The notes under the pieces are model-generated. The model did not search any database and had not been told where the DNA came from. It saw only the letters and a list, made by a program, of their open reading frames with translations. Below are positions 1 through 12,157 of a DNA stretch of 64,000 bases, piece after piece; position 1 is the stretch's first letter, and each line of letters begins with the position of its first letter. Position numbers and translations under genes: made by a program. Where the stretch lies: the NCBI GenBank assembly GCA_043228905.1, contig JBHGNT010000005.1, positions 12,214,001 through 12,278,000 on the forward strand, in the 5' to 3' direction. The stretch comes from Azolla caroliniana. Lineage: Eukaryota; Plantae; Polypodiophyta.

Positions 1-1301
1 GCCCTCTCTAAAAATCTCCCCGGCTTTCGTCGCCGAGGGTCTCATGGTTGCGCTCGTGGTTCGGTCACACCGTCAGAAATTGGACGGAGTGTCACCCATC
101 TTGGCTCTTCAGGCGAGCATACGCCGAACCGTTATCGAACACCGTCGTCTCCATGCGTGCTGCCGTAATGTACGGTTCTTTGAGTATCACCGGGTGTGAG
201 GATGTCTCCTGCACGAAGAAGTGATGGTCAATCTCGACATCACCGATTTTCACCCGTACATTTGGGCAGGCCCCATGTAACTCCTCCGTGGCGCACATCG
301 CCGCTCGTATCTTTCACCCATGCTTGGTGTTGATCGGCCACTTGCCCTTCTTGCAGAAATCCATAGACATCAGGTTGATCTCCGAACCGTGGTCTACCAA
401 CGCCACCATCGACTCCTGGATGTCTCTGATCCGAACCGGGGTCTCCGTAGTGGCTCTTGCCCAGTGCAGCTTTGAATAGTGGCTTTCCGCCAACTCGTCT
501 TCCAGGGCCATGTCTTCTAGGTGCGTTGTTCGCAGCTCCACCGGCTTCTCCAACTCCGGCTCCGTCGAAAGCCTTTTTCGCTTCACCAAGTCCACGATGG
601 AGTCATGGAATTCTTTCTTGGCGATCCCAAGCACTTCCCTCAGCGACAACTCCACCTTGCTGTCGAGGATTTGTTCCTCAAGGACCTTCCGTAGGTCCGT
701 CGTTCTTTCTATCTCGGTGCTCAACTCGTAACCGGCTTTCTTTGTTTTATCCGGTGCGCCGGAAGTACCGGCGTCATTCTGCTTCAGCCCGAACTGGGTC
801 TCCTACTGCTACGAGGGTCCGGCCCCTCCAGCCTTCCCCACATGCTTGTCTTCTACCAGAACCTCATAGTTCTGGCACGCGGCTTCCACGAAGCCAATCT
901 TTTCCTCAACCGGATCGCTCCACCCGGTGACCTCCCGGACTCGTCTTTCCGTGCGGTCCGCTTCCTCCTTCCTCAACCGCATGCCGGCGAGGCCTTCTAG
1001 TACCAATGGCCAGAACCCGGAGTCCTTCGTCTTCCGGCCTTCATCACTCCCAACCCGGATTCCTACCAACGTCGTGTAGTGGATGGTCTCTGCATGGCGC
1101 GCCGCCGCTTCTTCCATCAGCCTTTTCATTCCTCCGCGTCTGATGTTTAACTCTACAGCTCTACGGATCTCGCTAGCATACACCAGCCCATTCCACAGGT
1201 ACACCATGTTAGCCCTAAGCACTTCCGCAAAGTCCCCGCAATCCTTCCGGATGTGACCGACCGCGTCACACCACAAGCACCGATGCCCAGCCAGAGGCCT
1301 T

Positions 1302-1810
1302 CGGTCACGAGGCTGCTCTCCGCCGTCCCTCCTTGCCTATGCAATCTGAAGGTCTCGTACCATCTGCGTTAGCTCTTCCAGAACCGCTCCTCCGGACGGG
1401 CCATTGACCACGTTGGTCGATGTCGAGCATGTCTCGAGCCAATCCCAGGTTTCCTCCCTTCGCACCGGCGGGGGTCCCTTGAGCTTTCTTGCCGCATCCG
1501 CTCCTACCCCTGATGAGCCCTTGTCGACCCACTCACACCGTTTGTTAAAACAGCCGGTCACGAGGCTGCTCTCTGCCATCCCTCCTTGCCTGTGCAATCT
1601 GAATGTCTCGTACCATCTGCGTTAGCTCTTCTAGAACCGCTCCTCCGGACGGGCCATTGACCACGTTGGTCGATGTCGAGCATGTCTCGAGCCAATCTCG
1701 GGTTTCCTCCCTTCGCACCAACGGGGGGTCCCTCGAGCTTTCTTGCCGCAACCGCTCCTGCCCCCGATGAGCCCTTGTCGACCCACTCACACCGTTTGTT
1801 AAAACAGCCG
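1302..1810. repeat. ~254-bp tandem duplication inside gag
   Basis: cggtcacgaggctgctctc starts at 1302 and 1555; both copies end tttgttaaaacagccg. Confidence 0.9.
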
Positions 1811-2403
1811 CAGACTCTCTTTACCACGGCCCAATCGGCCGTCATCCGTCTCCAGTAGGAGACCCACCTGATCTCGATCCCGCGCATCCACGGATTTGAC
1901 AAACAACAAGATGCGGCTCGTCTCCAGCACTGCTCTGTCCAGTGCCAAGAGCTGCGCAAAGCGTTCTTCAAACTCCCGGAGAAGCGTCGATCAATTCATC
2001 CCCTTTCCGGGGGTCTCCACCCAATCCATGAAGTCCCGCTTCGATAACCGAAGCGCGTCATCAATCCCATACCGTTCGAGGAGCTGCACTTCGAATTCTC
2101 TCCAGGCCTGGCATCCAACCTGCACCTCGAGCACCTCTGCGTGGATGCCCGGTGTCGCCACCCGAGGGAACCCAGCCAGACACCTTTCCTCTGGGATGTC
2201 CCTCATCACCATTTCGGCTCGGTAGGCCACCAAATAACTCATGGTGTCCTTCCCATCCAACCGACCTATTGTGCCGACAATTGCTTCAATGGCCCTATCG
2301 AGGGCGCTCGTGCCCTCACGACCACTTACTATCCGATCGACTGTTGTCACCATGGCTTTGGCGAGCTCTGATCCCCTCATCTTCGATTCCTCTACCGCCT
2401 TGT

Positions 2404-2421
2404 TTCACGTCTAGTTCACCA
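2404..2421 (-). promoter_or_regulatory. Primer binding site, tRNA-Trp type
   Basis: Minus strand TGGTGAACTAGACGTGAA, 4 nt inside the LTR edge; matches the 3' end of plant cytosolic tRNA-Trp (...TTCACGTCGGGTTCA-CCA) with 2 mismatches; the sister copy at 34270-34287 has 1 mismatch. Confidence 0.75.
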
Positions 2422-2600
2422 AATATGTCGTGTTATTCTACACGCGCAGGAGAAACCATGGCAGGACCGCGGGGGCCCTAAACCAGGGAATAACCGAACA
2501 GAGGGAGGAGCGACACGAAACCACGACCAAGCCATGCACACAAATACACAGAGAACTCACAATCAAGATCAAACGACGAATAAGGCAATATATATATATA

Positions 2601-4093
2601 AGCACTAAGGGTCGGGGACTGCTATATCGGACCGGTACAGCATCACAATTGGTCGGCTACACTGATGTTGATTGGGCAGGCAACGCCGCTGATCGCCGAT
2701 CCACGTCTGGATACGCGTTCTCTCTTGGGAGTGTCGCGATAGCGTGGAGCAGTAAGAAGCAGCCGACAGTTGCACTGTCGAGCACCGAAGCTGAGTACCG
2801 AGGAGCGGCTGTCGCGACATGCGAAGCCATATGGTTGAAGCGGCTACTTAAGGACCTGCAAGAGGTGTCCGATCCGATGACGATCTACTGCGACAACCTT
2901 AGTAGCATCCAGCTCGCGAAGAACCCCGTTTTCCACGTACGGACCAAGCACATTGAGGTGCACTACCATTTTGTCCATGAGCGTGTCCTTTCTGGTGAAG
3001 TCGAACTTTAGTATGTTCCGACGGATCGGCAAACTGCCGACATCTTCACCAAGCCCCTTGGTCTAGACAAGTTGCGGCAATTCTTGGGTGCACTTGGGTT
3101 GCGTCACCTCGACGTGCCAAACTTGAGGGGGAGAAAAATCTCGAAAGACCGAGCAAGGGAGCAGGAAGGGAGCGGAAGAGGCCACGACACCGAGTTGGAT
3201 GACGAATTCGACTTCGGATCGGCTGAAGAAGCCGAGGGCGGATCTGCGGAAGAGAGCGAACATAAGGGGAGCAGCCAAAAGAAAGAGCCGAAGCCAATCA
3301 AGCATGGGGGAGATGACGCCGTCAAGGGCGAGAAGACCAAAGACGAGTTGGAGATAGCCAACTCAGACGAGAGCGAAAACCAATCGGAGGTAGCCGAGTC
3401 GGTTCAGATGTTTGATTCGGATACACTGAATCAACCGAGGGCCAAGCGGAAAAGAAGGCAGCAGGAGAAGCGCCAACACCGCGACAGTAAGGGAGGTGTG
3501 AAGGGTCGTGGGAGCAGACAAGCCGACCGGAAGGGTCGAAGCGCGCGGAATCGAACAGGCCGAGGAGCGCAAGCGAAGCGTGGAGTCAGGAGGAACCAGG
3601 GCGGTGATCCGGAAGATCCCGAAGAGCCTCAAGTTGAGCTTGAGGGGCAGTGTTGAGAGACAAGCTCAACATCGGCCGTATCGGTTGAGCAAGCCGAGGA
3701 CCGGATCGGTTGGGACCGATCGGTTAGGCCGGATCGGTTGGAAACCAGTACGCAGACCAGTGCGTAGGAAGGTCGGATCGGTGCAGAAATCGGGAGGCCA
3801 TCGGAAAGATATTCCGCAAGGAATATATTTGGGAGTTAGTGTAGGGGCTCCTTATGAGCATTGAAGTACTGTCAGTACTTCTGTCAGTCCGAAAAGGACT
3901 TGTATAAAAGTGTTCATTGAACACACACAATGTACAGATTGAGTATTATTTTTTAATTGAGTTCTGTGTGCTCTCTCTCTGTCTCTCCCGTGCATACTGT
4001 GCAAACCTAAGCTTTCCATTAAACCTGCGTTTTCTGTCGTTCGGTTTCCTATATTGCTTCCGCACGTCATTCTTTTCAATCGTCTATACAACA
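2601..4093 (+). mobile_element. 3' fragment of a Ty1/Copia element (RNase H, charged extension ORF, PPT, 3' LTR)
   Basis: Copia RNase H motifs GYTDVDWAG, RRSTSGY, ALSSTEAEY, YCDNLS, RTKHIEVHYHF, ADIFTK; PPT agcttgaggggcag directly before TGTTG at 3651. Confidence 0.92.
3651..4093 (+). repeat. Copia 3' LTR
   Basis: TGTTG...CAACA termini after the PPT; TATA-like tataaaa near 3903. The right end is inferred (no partner LTR). Confidence 0.7.
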
Positions 4094-4856
4094 AGCATTA
4101 ACTTGCTTTCCATCTAGTTAATCATACTTCGTTCCTGTAGCATTAACTCATCATGGTCATCATGAAGTTGATCATATCTGTGTTTAAGTTTCTCTCAGCC
4201 ATTTCCTTTTATCAGAGACTCCCCCTCATCAACTCTTCACATAGGATTCACCAAAGTATTGTCGTACACTTCATGCTTGATGCATCAAACCGTGCAATAT
4301 GAGGACAGTTCATAACAAAAGGGAGAGAGATGACACAGATAAGGGATGGAGATGATGTATGATTCAAAAAGCAAAAGTCTGATAAAAACAAGCTTTATTA
4401 TATTCAGAATACCAAATTTTAACAAAGTTCCAATTAGCAATTCATGGTAAGAATGACACATTATCTCTTCCAAATTCTAGCTTGAACCCTGGACTTCAAT
4501 CTTGAGAGACAAAATACTTCCCAAATGAGCTATCTTTTTTTCCATAAAAATTATCCTCCATTAGTATTAAGATTAAAGTAGCCAAAGGCAAGATACAAAA
4601 TAATCCAACATTACAATGAATAATGTGTAGCCAATCTTTCTAGATAAAGATAAAGGCAAGATACAAGATAATATCGGTGAACTTCTCCCTAAGTAATATT
4701 GTTGCCCTACTAGCGTCCATATCACCAAGTAATGTTGATGTCATGCCAAAGCCCCTAGCATCAATTCCATCGTATTCAACATTAATTATCCCAAATGAGT
4801 TATCTTAATTAATTGTTTGATAAATTAATTACTTGATCAATTGATCAATGCCTTGA

Positions 4857-5205
4857 TGGTTCTTTCCTTCTCTTTATATAGGTGCTCACATGCATATGAT
4901 GTATGTGAGAGTGCATGAGATGAATGCTTGCATGAAATGCTTGCGATAGGTGTTCACCATTTGGCACACATGCACCGCATGTGATGATGATAGCCATGCT
5001 GCTCTTCTGGGTCATCATGTATGGAATAACATAAGACGGTTCTTTCCTTCTATTTATATAGGTGCTCATGATGTATGTGTGAGTGCATGAGACGAATGCG
5101 TTGCATGCGATTTGTGTTTGCCATTTGGCACACATCATGCACCACATGTGATTGCATGATAGCCATGTTGCTCATCTGGTCATCATGTATGAAATAACAT
5201 AAGAC
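4857..5205. repeat. ~180-bp diverged tandem duplication
   Basis: ggttctttccttct.tttatataggtgctca at ~4857 and ~5037; both copies end gtcatcatgtatg.aataacataagac. Confidence 0.8.
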
Positions 5206-5462
5206 ATAAGTATAATGATGAGAATATAATTTGTACAATAGATTATCCTAATGGTTTATACTTTGTATTTGATATATACAAGGCTATAGATTTGTTCCTC
5301 ACATATGGAACTCGATATAATATTTGAATTTGTTTTTATATCGTGAAACAATTACTTCACGACAAGATTGCAACCCCGTTAGCCACAGAAATGTAGACGA
5401 TACCCACTCTACTTGCCATCTCGAAATATGCATAAGTTGATGTTTAAGAGGAGTGGTCGTGA

Positions 5463-5466
<4 letters not shown>

Positions 5467-5493
<27 letters not shown>
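5467..5493. repeat. (GT)n microsatellite
   Basis: Direct reading. Confidence 0.95.
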
Positions 5494-5497
<4 letters not shown>

Positions 5498-5643
5498 GGC
5501 CTACAACTTTAAAACGATGAGGGTATCCCATTGGTATGTGTCGTGCTTTCTTTTCTTTTGGGCAGCCAGCCATACTATACATATACATACAATATGTACA
5601 TACATACATAAAAGGAACCCCCCCCCCCCCCCCCCCCCCCGCC

Positions 5644-6205
5644 TATAACACATCCAATGTGTTGAGGAGTTCCATGATTGGAACCACAACACCCACCTCG
5701 ACAGATTGAGGTGAGGGCCTTTCTCGATGGATAGAGAAGGTGCCCCTTCTCAATGGATGGAGAAGACACCCAAGACCCAAGGTGTGAGGCATGGGTTGTA
5801 CATGTTCAATTGCCACGGTGCACATGGGGAATGTAACCTCTAGTGCATTGAATACCCCAAAGTACTCAAGTACCTTTGTGGGGGAAGGGAATCTCCCTAT
5901 GCATTCAAATAACCTAATGTAGTCAAGTCCTATGTGTGGGAATGGAATCTCCCTAGTGATTGTATTCAATACCATTATGATTGATATAGGGTACTCATGT
6001 ACTATATGGGAAGACTTATTCGAGAATAAAGAGGATCTTCTATATAAGTTGGACAAAGGGTGGTTGGGCGGAGGTTCAACGGATCCAAGCTCTCTCTCTT
6101 AGTCATTTATCCCCTTAGTCATTCCCCATAGTCGAAGAGTGTTGACACGCGAGTCCAAATCCGATCGGCGATCCATCCTTACCGCAAAATTTCGGTGGTG
6201 TTACA
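5644..6205 (+). repeat. 5' LTR of the Galadriel-like element
   Basis: T(A)TAACAC...GTGTTACA, aligns to 16608-17261 but is ~90 bp shorter. Confidence 0.93.
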
Positions 6206-6217
6206 TGGTATCAGAGC
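6206..6217 (+). promoter_or_regulatory. PBS (initiator tRNA-Met)
   Basis: TGGTATCAGAGC immediately after the 5' LTR. Confidence 0.95.
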
Positions 6218-9200
6218 GAACTCGCTAGGATCACGCTTGCGACTTGCGGAAATCATGAATTCGAAGGTAGTATTCGTTTAAATAGCCTTCTTAAAATACT
6301 AATTCTAGAATGGTTGTGCTAGAAAATATGGATGCACCAACCATGGAAGCGGCTCCCAATGCCTCCGCTACTTCCAACCCGGCGAATGTGTCGTCGGCCT
6401 CAGAGGAGGTTCCTAAAAATCCTCCCCGAAACCTTTGTCTACGCGTTAAGGAACTCGAGACGAGAGTTGCCTTACTCGAAAGTGAAGCCGGCAATCTTAT
6501 CACTATGGTCGGGGACCTTAGTCTCGCCTCGCCGACACGAATGCGGAGTTGGTACGTTTACTTGCCAAAGAGTCTCGTGCCAAGAATGACGTGGGAAAAG
6601 AAGCATCTCGATGCATCGACGAAACCCCACGCGTGAAGCCTCGTGAACCTGAAAGCTACAATGGGGCTCGAGATGCCCAAATTTTAGAGAACTTCATTTG
6701 GGATTGCGAGAAATTCTTCTTAGCTGCCCGTATCCTCAATGAGGCGGACCGTGTCTTCCATTGCTCCATCTTTCTTGGCCGGGGATGCTAAGCTATGGTG
6801 GCGCAACTTCGTCGATGATAGCATTCAACAAAAGGGTCCCATGCCCGTGAATACGTGGGAAGAATTGAAGGAAGCTCTCAACAAACAATTTCTTCCTTCT
6901 AATTCCGGGTGGAAGGCTCGACAACAACTTGACCTACTTCGTCACACGAGCCATATCAAGGATTATATTAAATCTTTTCGTGCTCTTATGTTACAAATCC
7001 ACTCCATGGGAGAACAAGATCATTTCTTTGCATTTACCAACCGGTTGAAGGAGTGGGCTCCAAACGAGCCCCGCCGACAAAATGTAACAACTCTTGCGGC
7101 CGCTTATGAAGCGGCGGATCGCCTCACCGATTGGCATTCTCAAGGTGGATCCTCCGATGGCAAAGGCAAAGAAAAGACGGGTCCTCCAAATTTGAAGGCA
7201 CACAATACTCGTCCCTTCAAGAAGGTGGCTTATAATTCGCAAGGAGGTGGATCTCGACCCCCCATCAATGGCCAAAATGTTGCAAAGAAGTTTCCTTCTG
7301 CAAAAACTGCGAATTTGAATTCCTTCAAGCCCAAGGATGTTACCATGAAAAGGAAGCTTGACTGCTTCATTTGTCAAGGTGACCATTTCGTAAGAGATTG
7401 CCCCTTCAAGGGCCAACTCCACTCTCTTCTTAAGGCTTCGGACGACGATGTGAACAATCGAACCATGGGCCACATCAGCGTTTGTGTGCGGTTCATGAGG
7501 TAAAGAGTAAGCATTCATTACCTTATGTTAGTGCTCTAATCAATGGTCGTTTGTGTCAAGCAATGGTGGATACGGGTGCTTCTCACGAGTTCATGACGCC
7601 GACCCTCGCCAAAGCTTGTGGGCTACGTATGAAGGTCAATTCCAAGGAACTTGGACGACCGTCAACAGGAAGGAGCATCAAGTGGGGCGGATTGCTCCTA
7701 ATGTTGGGGTTATTGTTGGAGAGGTGACTATGCATGTTGAATTTAGCATCGTCGAGATGGACAATTTTGATGTGGTTTTGGGTCAATCTTGGGCGAGATT
7801 GGCGCACGTATTACCCTACCCATTTGGGGAGCAAGTTCTATTTATGCAAGATAAACTTCATGTTGTAAAAGCTTCTTCCTCTCGCCCCAACCCCCTCCCC
7901 AAAATTCTCTCATCCATGCAACTCAAGAAGGTGGCCCGAAAGGGTTGCCTTATGATAGCCGCTATATTTAAGGATACCAATTATCACGACCATCCCATGT
8001 CCGAAAAGGGTATTCATCCCAACATGATGGTTTTGTTAGATAGGTTTTGAGACGTCATGCCCAACGCTTTACCAAAGGAGTTGCCCCCAAAAAGGGACGT
8101 TGATCATCGCATCGAGGTGGCGCCCAGGTGCACTCCTCCCGTGAAGAGTCCTTATCACTTAACCGTTGCCAAGAATGCGGAGTTAAAGCGTCAACTCAAC
8201 GAGCTACTAGAGGCGAGATTCATACACCCTTCTAGATCTCCTTATGGTGCCCCAGTGCTCTTCATCAAGAAGAAGGATGGAAGCTTGAGAATGTGCGTCG
8301 ATTATTGAGCATTGAACAAGCTCACCATCAAGAATCGCTACCCTCTTCCTAACCTCTGAGAGATGTTCGACCAACTAGGGAAGGCGCGGTACGTTACCAA
8401 GATGGATCTTCGTTCGGGATACTATCAAGTGAGGATCGCAGAAGGTGATGTGGAGAAAACCGCCATGCGAACACGCTATGGCTCGTATGAGTGGCTCGTA
8501 ATGTCGATGGGCTTAACCAATGTTGTAGCAACCTTTAGTACCCTCATGAATCAAGTTTTTGGGTCGGAGCTCGACAAATGCATTGTGGTCTACCTCGACG
8601 ACTTGCTTTTCTTTAGTCCTACTTGGGAACAACACTTGAAGGATGTTGAGATGGCTCTCCAAAGATTAAGAGAGAACCATCTCTACGTGAAGAAATCCAA
8701 GTGTGACTTTGGTGTGGAAGTAGTGTACTTCCTCGGCTTCAAAATAGCTCATGGTGAGCTACAACCCGAAGAGGAAAAGCTTCGTGCAATCAAGGAATGG
8801 CCTACACCACCTTCGGTAACGGATGTTCGTTCTTTCCTTGGTTTAGCTTCTTTCTATCGTGTGTTTATTGATGGTTTTGCTTGTCTCTCTACTCCTCTCT
8901 CTAACCTTACTAAAAGAGGGAAAAAGTGGTTTTGGTGTGACAAGTGCGCTTGTGCTTTTCATGCCTTAAAAGAGGCATTGTGCACAGCGCCATGTTTGGC
9001 ACTGCCCGACTTTGACAAGCCCTTTGAGCTTCATACAGATGCATCCGATTATGCCATGGGTGGAGTGCTCATGCAAGAAGGAAGGCCGGTGGCCTTTGAG
9101 AGCAAGAAGCTCATGGATCGAGAGACGCGATACCCCACCCATGAAAAGGAGATGGCGGCCATCGTCCATTGTCTTCGTACATGGAGACATTACTTGATGG

Positions 9201-10772
9201 GGAGGCACTTCACCGTCCACACGGATAACATCACATCAACATACTTTGCTTCACAACCAAAACTCACCGCAAAGCAAGCTCGGTGGCAAGACTTCCTTGC
9301 CGGTTATGATTTCGAACTCAAGTACAAGCCCGGAAAGCAAAATGTGGTAGCCGATGCTCTTAGTCGAAGAGCCCATTTGGTGGTCATGCATGTGGTGGTG
9401 GATTCTAATATGTTGCCAACCCTAAAGAGTGCGTATCATGGTGATGAATATGCACAAAAGTGCCTTGTTTGTTTGCTAACGGTGAAAAGGTGGCCCATCT
9501 ATCTCTCAAAGATGGGGTGATCTACTTCAAGCAACAAAGGCTCTATGTACCTCAAGTAGTGAGGAAAGAAGTAATGTATGAGTGCCATGACACATTGTGG
9601 GCCGGACACCCTGGTGGGGATAAAACCATGGAAATGTTGACTCGTAGGTACTTTTGGCCACACATGGACAAAGAAGTTCAAGCCTATGTGAGAGGATGCC
9701 AAGTGTGCCAACAAGACAAAGCCAAACGATGCAAGCCCGCGGGATTGCTGCAACCGTTAAGCATCCCGAATCAGCCATGGGAATCCCTTAGCATGGACTT
9801 CATAATAAGCTTGCCAAAAAGCCAAAACTACACGGGTATCTTCGTCGTCTTGGATCGACTTACGAAGTATGCTCACTTTGTGGCCTATGAAAGCCCCGCG
9901 GATGCCGAGTATGTGGCAAAACTTTTCTTTGCGAATGTGTTCAAATACCATGGGCTCCCACGAGAGATAATTAGCAATCGTGATAGTCGTTTCACCGGTA
10001 AATTTTGGTCCACACTTTTCGCTTTGATGGGTACTAACTTCAAGTTTAGTAATTCCTATCACCCACAAACAGATGGTCAAACGGAGAGGACTAATCAAAT
10101 CTTGGAGGACTATCTTCGCCATTATGTGAGCTCGAACCAAAAGGATTGGTCTCAATACCTCGACATAGCGGAGTTCTCCTACAACCTCCACAAGCAAGAT
10201 TCCACGGGATTTAGTCCATTTGAACTCAATTATGGGTTCCAACCTTTGTCTCCCAGAGACCTTATGGCATTACCCTTAGCTAGCATTGTCCCAAGTGCCA
10301 ATATTACAATGAATAGGTGGTCCACTCGCCTCAACCAAGCTAAGGAAGCTATGGAGAAGGCTCAAGCTAGGTACAAGAAATATGTTGACCTCAAATGTAG
10401 GCATGAAGAATATGAAGTAGGTGACTTGGTGTTCATCAAGTTGGATAGCGAACAATTTATTCTTCCAAAGGGTATCACCTGTCATGATATGGCAAGACTC
10501 GAACCCATGACCTTATGCTACATGGGTTGAGCTCTTGACCATTAGACTATACATTGGAATACATAAAATATTATTTTCATTTATGTTTTATTATAGAAAA
10601 TTGATGTATATTCCAGATTTCTCTGGAACATTCTAGAAACTTCAGGAGTATTCCTTAGAACACTATAAAAGGAGGCACAAGGCGTTATTTCGAACCAAAT
10701 CGGTTCAACGCCAATCTTAAGCCTCCTAGCTACTGTACATTTCCTTCACATAATATATATCTTTTCTTATCA

Positions 10773-10824
<52 letters not shown>

Positions 10825-11005
10825 CCTCCCTCTCACTCACTCTTTCCTTCTCTCGAGAGTTCTTCACCTCTCTTAGTACTAATACTTCTTTTAGTACTAA
10901 TTCCTTCTCTGTCTTAGTACTGTTCCTGACAGTTTGAACCGATTTTCTCTACCTTCTGTCTCTCTCATTTCCTACTAATCTCTTATTCTTCTTTTCTTTC
11001 ATCCC

Positions 11006-12157
11006 ATGGCCACTATTAGCACTGAAGAATATCAATCTGTTTTCTCGAAATTTCAATGCTTGAAAGAGAAGCTCCATGCTTTGGAACAAGAAAACCAACG
11101 GTTGCTGGGGGATCTTCAGCAAATCTCCTTAGAAAAGCAACAAACGCAACAACAACATGGGGAACTTGCGTTAGGCGTGCAACAACTTGAAGCAACCATC
11201 GTAGCGAAGCAACAACAAGGGCCCGGAACACAAGGGATTCATAAAGAACCAAAGATTGGCCTTCCCACGAAGTTCGATGGAACGCGATCGCAGTTTAGAG
11301 GGTTCCTTAACCAGGTACGATTAGTTATTCAAATGCATCCTTCCCGATATCCCATCGATGCATCATGAGTGGGTTTAGTAGGCACTTTGTTAAGTGGCTC
11401 AGCGTTGGCATGGTTCGCTCCACTATTAGAAAAGGAATCTCTGTTACTCAACAATTTTGAAGAGTTTCTAGGTGAGTTTAAAGCATGTTTCGGAGATACT
11501 GACAGCATCAGGACCGCAATCAACAAAATTCGGCGATTACGCCAAGGTGACTGTCCAACCTCCGCATACGCTGCAGATTTTCGCCTACTCGCCGCTGATA
11601 TCCCTTGGGATGATCAAGCCTTGATGGAGCAATTCCATTATGGTTTACGCAACGACGTCAAGGATTTACTCTTGACCTTCCCCGAAGAGCCAAAGTCCTT
11701 AACAGAAGCAATCAGTCGCGCGGTGAGATGTGACAACCGCCTCTTTGAGCGACGTTCGGAACGACAGCGACAGATGCCGAGGGCAAGATCAAAGCCCACC
11801 TACGCCTCAATGGTAGCAAGACCTTTTCTGAGGGAGTCATATAATGCGCCTCAAGGGAATACTCTGACTCCGATGGAGATTGACACTACACGTCGTCGAG
11901 GGCCATTATCTGAAGAAGAAAAGCAGTGACGCCGTACAAATCGACTATGTCTTTACTGCGGTGGACCAGGACATATTGCAATAAATTGCCCCCATAGGCC
12001 AAGAAGATAGGTAAACCAAATAGTCGCTAGTTCTAATTGTACTAAACCCGAGCCTATTTCAGTAGGGATATCTGATAGTCCTAATAGTACTAATAGCCCA
12101 GATCTAGTGAACAGATTTGATATCCTTAGTCAATTAGAAGAAGAGTTAAACGACTAA
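11006..12157 (+). pseudogene. gag of Tcn1-type element (premature stops)
   Basis: EPKIGLPTKFDGTRSQFRGFLNQ, PMEID, CLYCGGPGHIAINC knuckle; in-frame stops at 11366, 11927 and ~12008. Confidence 0.9.

Larger units (their letters stand above)
1..2600 (-). mobile_element. Partial non-chromovirus Ty3/Gypsy LTR retrotransposon (truncated 5' LTR, PBS, gag, protease); same family as 27957-35000
   Basis: Minus-strand ORF pieces: gag (MRGSELAKAMV..., zinc knuckle C-x-W-C-DAVGH-IRKDC), protease (ALVDHGSEINLM) with frameshifts; protease stop at 8-10; LTR edge TGTCGTG at 2426; collinear with 32181-34300. Confidence 0.9.

Noticed and set aside
2430-3011. 193-aa ORF as a novel fusion protein
   Set aside because: Chance read-through from LTR sequence across a deletion junction into Copia RNase H.
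10491-10552. Functional tRNA gene in the LTR
   Set aside because: A and B boxes are present but the acceptor and anticodon stems do not pair.
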